This document shows positions 58,212 through 64,000 of a DNA stretch of 64,000 nucleotides, piece by piece. How positions within the stretch are numbered: the stretch's first letter is position 1; the number at the start of each line of letters is the position of its first letter. The stretch is taken from IMG/VR virus record IMGVR_UViG_3300025867_000005. One strand, given 5' to 3'. The DNA is from a virus (taxonomy: Duplodnaviria; Caudoviricetes). Made by a program: the position numbers and the translations under genes. The notes beneath the pieces were generated by a model. It saw only the letters and a list, made by a program, of their open reading frames with translations. It searched no databases and was not told the DNA's origin.

Positions 58212-58796
58212 ATGACAATCGAAGAATTAAAAGCAGAATGTGAAAGTTGTAGGTCTTGCGAAATAGGAGGCCAGACTCTAAACGAGCATACTTGTACTGT
58301 TTTGTCTAATCTCAATTCCGCTGCAAAGATCATGGTAGTAGGGCAGAATCCTGGATTTGAAGAAGTCCTCAGGGCAACACCTTTTGTCGGCATTTCCGGA
58401 AAGATATTCGACAAGGCACTTTCAGAGAATACAAGTCTTACAAGGGATGATTTGTATATCTGTAATGCCGTTTGCTGCTTTACTCCAGGGAACAGGAAAC
58501 CGACAGGGGCTGAATTTAAGAATTGTTCCGTTTGGCTTAGAAGACAGATTAAGGAGATAAACCCGATTGTCATAGTAACGCTAGGAGGTGTCGCCTTAAA
58601 GGCGCTGACAGGACGCACAAAGATATCGGAAGCACACGGGAAGCTTATTAGAAGTGAAATTTACGATGTTGATGTCTATCCTATCCTTCATCCTTCCCCT
58701 TTGAACACAAATAGACCTGACAAAAAGAAAGAATTTGTTTCTGATATGATCGGTCTACAGAAAGTCTTGGAAAGTAAAAAATGGCAGAACACGTAA
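58212..58796 (+). CDS. Uracil-DNA glycosylase, family 4-like (Fe-S)
   Basis: C..C, VGQNPG..E....PFVG..G, YI.N, NR.P, C, LG..A, HPS. Confidence 0.9.
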   Translation: MTIEELKAECESCRSCEIGGQTLNEHTCTVLSNLNSAAKIMVVGQNPGFEEVLRATPFVGISGKIFDKALSENTSLTRDDLYICNAVCCFTPGNRKPTGAEFKNCSVWLRRQIKEINPIVIVTLGGVALKALTGRTKISEAHGKLIRSEIYDVDVYPILHPSPLNTNRPDKKKEFVSDMIGLQKVLESKKWQNT

Positions 58797-59731
58797 TCAT
58801 CACAGGAGTAAGAAGAGCAAGGGAACTTGTCGGTATCTCTGAACTTAAGCAGATGTGTGGACGTGGAGGCCGCACACAGGACGGTAGAACCTATTGCGCA
58901 GACATCATCCTGACATATGATGATATGGTGATAGAAGATTCCTTACAGAAGGAAGAATCTATGCCTGTTATATCTACTCTTTCAGACATGAAGAACTTTT
59001 GTTTTTATCTTCTTCCAAGACTCTCTCAAATAGGAAGATTTACAGAATCTGATATTCAAAATCTGTATTCTAAGACACTGGCATTTTGTCAAGGTAGGGA
59101 AATGGATATTTCGAAGGTGATTTCTTATCTTGAAGAAAACGAGGCGATTGCCGAAGTGACGGGACCGGACGAAACCAGACGTTGGATTGTTGATGTTCTA
59201 GGGGCTATCGCCAGCCACCTTTTTATACCCGTGAAAGACGTAAAACTGCTTCATGACAATTTTTTGTATTTGAAGAAGAATGGAAATCTTGATCAAGATG
59301 CTTGTTTGGCTTGGGCATTGGGTAATCTCGACAGCATACGGATAAACGGGGATTATGGAGAACAGCATCGGGAAGAAATATCCAACTTCAAAGGAGATCT
59401 TCCTATTGATTATTCTTGTGAAGACGGGACAGTCCTGACGGCTTCCCTTTGGTGGTGCATTCTCGGTAATGGAATTCCAGGGAAGAATATGGCTACGAAT
59501 GTAAGACAGTTGAAAAAGACTTGGCATCGGCTGAAACTTGCATTATCTTGGTTTCCGGAGTTTGAAGAATATATCAAGGTTTGGGATATCCGCGTCACAA
59601 AGAGCATCAAAAAAGAATTGGTTCCATTCTTCGACGGTTGTTTCCAAATGTCCAAAAACAGGGCGATGTCTCTGTATGAGCTCGGGTACAAGTCTTGGGA
59701 AGGCACTGAATCTGTTGAAATAGATGATTGA
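58781..59731 (+). CDS. Ski2/Hel308-like helicase, C-terminal part (post-motif V, motif VI, winged-helix/ratchet region)
   Basis: AEHVII, QMCGRGGR, V.S.L, KTLA, LG.IASHLFI. Confidence 0.8.
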   Translation: MAEHVIITGVRRARELVGISELKQMCGRGGRTQDGRTYCADIILTYDDMVIEDSLQKEESMPVISTLSDMKNFCFYLLPRLSQIGRFTESDIQNLYSKTLAFCQGREMDISKVISYLEENEAIAEVTGPDETRRWIVDVLGAIASHLFIPVKDVKLLHDNFLYLKKNGNLDQDACLAWALGNLDSIRINGDYGEQHREEISNFKGDLPIDYSCEDGTVLTASLWWCILGNGIPGKNMATNVRQLKKTWHRLKLALSWFPEFEEYIKVWDIRVTKSIKKELVPFFDGCFQMSKNRAMSLYELGYKSWEGTESVEIDD

Positions 59732-59780
59732 AAAAATCATGTTGCTAAACTATTCTGACATGACAAGAAAGTGAAAACGT

Positions 59781-60539
59781 ATGTCTGCTTTAGAAATAGA
59801 TCCGAACACACCTGAAATCGTGTTTATGTCGAGCCTTAGAACGATGCTTAAAAGCGTTGGCATCACTCAGAATCAAGAGGCGATGGATTACTTCAAACTG
59901 ATGGAAGAAGCTGTTATACGTGATGTATTCCACCGTCAAAACCCCGACAATACGGAACGCTACAAAGAACACAGAAGCCGCCAGATTTTCATTAAGATTT
60001 TTCAGAGCCGATACAAGCTGACTTATGACATTGATTATGAAATTCCAGTAGGCGATAAAAGCGCGAAGATGATAGGGAATCTCCTGACCAAATTGGAAAA
60101 AGATGAAATCCCTATTGACTATTATCTAGAATGGTTTTTTGAGACCTATATCCAGGAAAAGAAATTCACGGTTGAAAGCATTATGAATCCCTGCCAAGCT
60201 TGGGTTTTGCAATCCTTCAAACTCCAAAACCGTGATTCGATGGAAGAAATTAAAGAGAAGAAAAAAGAAGAACTTGAAATCGTTTCATTACTTGATAAGG
60301 CAAGGGAACTTGTAAGAACAGCAAGGGTGTTGAACGAAAACACTTTGGAAGAAGAAATTGTACAGACATCTAAATCTTTCAAGGCGAAAGGAATCAATCT
60401 GGAAACCTATAGGGAGATGGTAAAATCATTCTCACGAAGAATGAAGACCATTAAAGAACAGAAGATGCTAGGACGACAGGAAAAACAGACGGAAGGAGAA
60501 AAAGAAAATGGATGTGGAATTGTTTCAGAATCTGAATGA
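59781..60539 (+). CDS. Hypothetical protein
   Basis: 252 aa helical. Confidence 0.7.
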   Translation: MSALEIDPNTPEIVFMSSLRTMLKSVGITQNQEAMDYFKLMEEAVIRDVFHRQNPDNTERYKEHRSRQIFIKIFQSRYKLTYDIDYEIPVGDKSAKMIGNLLTKLEKDEIPIDYYLEWFFETYIQEKKFTVESIMNPCQAWVLQSFKLQNRDSMEEIKEKKKEELEIVSLLDKARELVRTARVLNENTLEEEIVQTSKSFKAKGINLETYREMVKSFSRRMKTIKEQKMLGRQEKQTEGEKENGCGIVSESE

Positions 60540-61101
60540 TGGCATTGACAAACTAAAGTCGTTTGATATCTCTGGGGTTAGGCTTGAATGCCCTGAACCT
60601 GGAGTTTTGGTAATGGACCAAGATGACTTTGAAACACACGTATTGATTCAAGCACCTGCTATTACGTTTTACGGTTGGCATCTTGGACGTGCTGAAGCTC
60701 ACGTTAAACAGCTTAAAGAAGACTATGACAAATGGATGAAAATCAAAAAGGCAGAAGCACAGGCTCAAATCATGGGGAAAGATCCTGATGCCTACAAACC
60801 GAGTGAAGCTGCCAAAGAAGCAAGGGTTTTTATCAATTCAAGGGAATCCGCTAAAAATTCTGAAAACGGAATAGATGAAGATGAAGAATGGAAAAACAAG
60901 ATCCGTCTTGCTGAAGAATATCGAGACACTATCAAAGCATGGTATGACGGGTTTGTCGCCAAGAACTGGCTACTTAAAGTATTTGCCAATATTCAGGAAA
61001 ATGACGGTCGTGGAGTCCGGAAAATTGACGAGAAAGATTCGGTTTACGGTAAGACTTCTATCAAGTCGAGAGTGAAAGAAAGCTTTAAGAAAATTCAATA
61101 A
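60508..61101 (+). CDS. Coiled-coil protein, possibly a recombination mediator
   Basis: 197 aa; adjacent to SSB and RecA; function is a positional guess. Confidence 0.5.
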   Translation: MDVELFQNLNDGIDKLKSFDISGVRLECPEPGVLVMDQDDFETHVLIQAPAITFYGWHLGRAEAHVKQLKEDYDKWMKIKKAEAQAQIMGKDPDAYKPSEAAKEARVFINSRESAKNSENGIDEDEEWKNKIRLAEEYRDTIKAWYDGFVAKNWLLKVFANIQENDGRGVRKIDEKDSVYGKTSIKSRVKESFKKIQ

Positions 61102-61189
61102 AACAATCTATTATGGGATGTGCAAAGATGGTTGTCTTTGTCACCTGTAAAAGTGAAAAAAGGCCGGTTTACGGCAAAGTGAGGTAAAA

Positions 61190-62179
61190 ATGAATAACGC
61201 AGATAAGTTAAACAAACGTGAGAACAAGTCTTCCGATAAAGGAAGCAAAAATGGTACTGGAGAGAAGAAGGGTTACGTGAAGATGGGTACGGTTCATGCG
61301 AAGTGGGAGCCGGGCACCACGACAGTAAGAGCTGTCGGTGATTTCTTTGAAACACACATGCATGGACTTTCTCCAAATGATTTCGGAAGCGTAGGCGTTA
61401 TGCCCAAATCTGCTTTCGGAGGCAAAGGTAAAGACTTTATCCCGTGGGAAGTGTGTTGCTTGGATTGGGATATGATCAATGATGAATACCGCAAGGAAAG
61501 ATCTTGTCCTTTCTGCAAGTTGAATTTCCGTGCTTCTTGCATGTTGAAGAAAGAAGACTTGTCAAAAGAAGATATCGCCAAGTATACAAGGATTAAGAAC
61601 GCTTGTCATGCTGGTTCTAAAATCCGTTGGAATATCATCGATAGAGAAAATCCGACATACACGATCGTCAATCCGGACGGAACAGAATCTGATGTCAAAG
61701 GATACAAGATCGGTGGTTTCGGTATGTCCGTCTTTAAGACAGGAATCAAGGGTCTGTTTGAGATGGCAGGTGGAGATATCGCAGATGTAGATAGCGGCAT
61801 TGACTTCAACCTTAAGCGTAGCAAAGACGAAAAAGGAAAGACTGTCTATGAAGCCGTTGCCGTTATGGAAAAAGGTGCGATGAAGTTTACTCCCCTTACT
61901 GATGAACAGAAATCTTGGACGCTTTGGAATATCCCTGAAATTTTCGGGAAGGACTGGAGCTTTGAAAAGATTTACCCGCTTATGCATGAAGAGTTCCGCG
62001 AATTGCTGGACATGACGGATGAAGAGTTCCGTGAATTCAGCGGCTATACCGGAAAGAAGGCTGAAGAGCCTACAGAAGAAAAAGAAGACAAGAAAGATGT
62101 AAAAAAAAACAAGAAGGTAAAGTCAGCTCCTGTGCAGGAACAACAGGAACCGCAGGACGAAGAGATTCTTCCATTCTAA
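61190..62179 (+). CDS. gp32-like single-stranded DNA-binding protein
   Basis: H...C...CPFC, NIIDR, DI.D...G.DF...R...T.Y; acidic tail ending DEEILPF; upstream of RecA. Confidence 0.75.
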   Translation: MNNADKLNKRENKSSDKGSKNGTGEKKGYVKMGTVHAKWEPGTTTVRAVGDFFETHMHGLSPNDFGSVGVMPKSAFGGKGKDFIPWEVCCLDWDMINDEYRKERSCPFCKLNFRASCMLKKEDLSKEDIAKYTRIKNACHAGSKIRWNIIDRENPTYTIVNPDGTESDVKGYKIGGFGMSVFKTGIKGLFEMAGGDIADVDSGIDFNLKRSKDEKGKTVYEAVAVMEKGAMKFTPLTDEQKSWTLWNIPEIFGKDWSFEKIYPLMHEEFRELLDMTDEEFREFSGYTGKKAEEPTEEKEDKKDVKKNKKVKSAPVQEQQEPQDEEILPF

Positions 62180-62331
62180 AGGAAGATCCTGTAGAAACAT
62201 CGAATGAAGCATCTGATTCTTTGGGCTTGTCTGTCGCCAAGAGTTTTCCTTGTTGGGGATATTATGATCCCAATGAATCAGAATGCAAATCTTGTAAGTT
62301 CAAATCCGAATGTGTAAAGAACACGAAGTAA
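62101..62331 (+). other. -1 frame extension of SSB encoding a Cys4 domain, reachable via an A9 run
   Basis: Frame open from 62065 to TAA 62329-62331 with no ATG; encodes CWGYYDPNESECKSCKFKSEC. Confidence 0.6.
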
Positions 62332-62344
62332 AGGTATAAAAACA

Positions 62345-64000
62345 ATGGCTAAAGAAGCAAAAGCAAAGCCTACTCGCTTTGAAAACATGCAGAAATTGGC
62401 TGACCTTATCAATAAGAGTCAGTGGGGTGGTGAAAACCACGATATCGCGGGTGTCCTTGGTGGAACCGTAGTCTCAAACGTGGAACGTATCTCAACGACA
62501 TGTAGAGACATCGATTGGGCGTGGGGTGGTGGTTTGCCAATAGGTAAAATCGTAGAACTCTTCGGCGGAGAATCTTGTCTTGATAAGGACACTTTTGTCC
62601 ATTATCAGACATGGAAGAATGGCAAGCAGATTAACGATAAGGGCGGAACGATAGAACGTCTTTATGAACGTTTCACGGGTGACACCGCGACAGGTAAGAA
62701 ACAAGGAAGACATCTTCAGGAAAAAGATTGCGATTTCTTTGTAATTTCTTGTGACAATGAAATGAAAATGGTACGCAATAGGGTTATCGGAGTTGTTAAA
62801 ACAGGAAAGAAGACTTGTTTCGAGGTTACGACAGAAGATGGACAGAAGATTACATCAACTCTTGAACACAAATTCATGGTGGAATCTGGATTTAAACCTC
62901 TTTCTGATTTGAAAATCGGAGATGTCGTCTATGTCCACAACAATACAAGGATACATGGGCAAAAAGATCGTGAATATTATCCTGAAATTATGGTTAAATA
63001 TCATCCACACGCGAAAACAAAGATTGTGAATGGTTATACCTATTTCCGCGTAAGGAAATCACATGCGGTTCTTGAAGCAGATAGGAATCAAATGTCGTTT
63101 GACGAATATCAACACTTTTTGAATACGGCTTCAAAAGAAGAAATCAACAGAATAAAAACGATTCCAGAAGGCCTACATGTCCATCATATTGATGAAAATG
63201 TGAACAATAACACTATTTCTAATCTTTTAGTGATTAATCCAAAAGATCATGGTGTTTATCATTCGAAAATGAAGCTTAAAAATCTTAGTTTTGTAGCGGC
63301 TCCTGTCAGGATTACTTCAATTGTGAACGTAGGAGAACGCGACACTTATGACATTAAGTGTGATTTCCCTAACAATAACTTCGTAGCCAACGACTTTGTT
63401 GTTCATAATTCCGGCAAATCCACACTTGCTTATCACATCATCGCTAGTTTCCAAGACAAATATCCTGATAAGGGAATCTTGCTTTTGGACACTGAACACA
63501 GCTATGATCCTCTCTATGCAGAAGCTCTTGGCGTTAAGGCACAAGGGATTATCCACACTGAAGCTGAATCGGGAACTGATGCGTTGAATATCGCTAAGCT
63601 TGCTGTAGAATCAGAATGTGGTGTCGGACTGGTTATTATTGACAGCATCGCGGCTCTTACTACAAAGAGCGATGATGAAGGGGATATCGGAGATCAGACG
63701 ATGGCAGAACAGGCTAGAATGGTCAGCCAGGCTATGCGTGTTTTGAACAGCTTGATTACCAAGCACAAGATCACGTTGCTTTGTACCAACCAAGTCCGTG
63801 AAGCCGTTGGACAGTGTTTTGATTATAGCACTCCAATTACGCTTAAAGATGGCACTATCATGGAAATCGGAAAACTTGTTAATCAAAAGATTAACTGCGA
63901 AGTTCTTTCATATGATCCTGTTTCAAACAAAATAGAACCGAAGACGGTTACTAATTGGTTCGACAATGGACCAATGGCAGATGGCGAACATTTCTTACAG
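62345..64000 (+). CDS. recA: RecA recombinase with two inteins (truncated by window end; absent from the ORF track)
   Basis: Manual translation: IST....D.A.GGGLP.GKIVELFGGES|intein|SGKST, DTEH..DP.YA.ALGV, IIDSIAAL, QAR..SQA.R, TNQVRE.VG|intein. Confidence 0.93.
   Translation, partial: MAKEAKAKPTRFENMQKLADLINKSQWGGENHDIAGVLGGTVVSNVERISTTCRDIDWAWGGGLPIGKIVELFGGESCLDKDTFVHYQTWKNGKQINDKGGTIERLYERFTGDTATGKKQGRHLQEKDCDFFVISCDNEMKMVRNRVIGVVKTGKKTCFEVTTEDGQKITSTLEHKFMVESGFKPLSDLKIGDVVYVHNNTRIHGQKDREYYPEIMVKYHPHAKTKIVNGYTYFRVRKSHAVLEADRNQMSFDEYQHFLNTASKEEINRIKTIPEGLHVHHIDENVNNNTISNLLVINPKDHGVYHSKMKLKNLSFVAAPVRITSIVNVGERDTYDIKCDFPNNNFVANDFVVHNSGKSTLAYHIIASFQDKYPDKGILLLDTEHSYDPLYAEALGVKAQGIIHTEAESGTDALNIAKLAVESECGVGLVIIDSIAALTTKSDDEGDIGDQTMAEQARMVSQAMRVLNSLITKHKITLLCTNQVREAVGQCFDYSTPITLKDGTIMEIGKLVNQKINCEVLSYDPVSNKIEPKTVTNWFDNGPMADGEHFLQ
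62576..63409 (+). mobile_element. Intein with HNH endonuclease (278 aa) in RecA Walker A
   Basis: CLDKDT start, STLEHKF block B, VHHIDEN..NN.ISNL......H...H, TYDI, VVHN|S. Confidence 0.9.
63815..64000 (+). mobile_element. Second RecA intein (5' part)
   Basis: CFDYSTPITLKDG....IGKLV.....EVLSYD directly after NQVREAVGQ (loop L2 region). Confidence 0.85.

Noticed and set aside
57510-58790. Group I/II intron or split intein rejoining the helicase halves
   Set aside because: The interval is filled with ordinary ORFs, and UDG overlaps the second half's start, leaving no room for a ribozyme core; no Cys/Ser start or HN end residues on either half
111-63886. Numerous short minus-strand and nested ORFs in the track
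   Set aside because: They are shadows of long + strand genes, without RBS or recognisable motifs; only 48149-48871 occupies its own space
1-64000. Stop-codon reassignment as seen in some large phages
   Set aside because: Genes are full length and tightly packed under code 11; TAA, TGA and TAG all end genes at sensible boundaries
1-64000. tRNA, rRNA or CRISPR arrays
   Set aside because: No cloverleaf with T-loop signature and no regularly spaced direct repeats seen; intergenic hairpins are not repeats of each other

Overview
A 64-kb internal segment of a large tailed dsDNA phage genome (Caudoviricetes, jumbo-like gene content). It is densely coded and almost entirely on the + strand, with one clear minus-strand gene, and it uses the standard genetic code. 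From left to right: (1) a head-associated accessory region (CCA-adding/HD enzyme, WYL protein, ferritin fusion, a family of proteins with a shared N-terminal leader); (2) the core head module (prohead protease, scaffold, decoration protein, HK97-type major capsid); (3) accessory genes (HTH-LAGLIDADG-DNA methyltransferase fusion, SprT, lipoprotein, two kinase-like/ADP-ribosyltransferase paralogs, an intein-split papain-like peptidase, two glycosyltransferases); (4) neck and tail module (three tube-like paralogs, three chaperone-like paralogs, tape measure, hub, distal proteins); (5) replication/recombination module (SNF2 with a class-3 intein, DnaB, inactive YhaM-like protein, primase, a split Ski2/Hel308-like helicase, UDG, gp32-like SSB, RecA with two inteins, running off the window). 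No portal, terminase, tRNA, rRNA or CRISPR array was seen. The best candidate for a new system is an amphipathic leader, about [ED]-[LI]-x-[KR]-[IVL]-A-K-x-[IL]-x-[AS]|[DE], shared by about ten otherwise unrelated proteins, including a tRNA-repair enzyme and two ADP-ribosyltransferase effectors. It looks like a modular capsid-targeting, protease-cleaved tag for cargo loaded into the virion and injected into the host. Other notable signals are a probable A9-driven -1 frameshift giving two SSB isoforms, a helicase split at motif V by a three-gene insert, and two phage-specific promoter motifs. All functional calls come from motif recognition by eye; no database searches were run.
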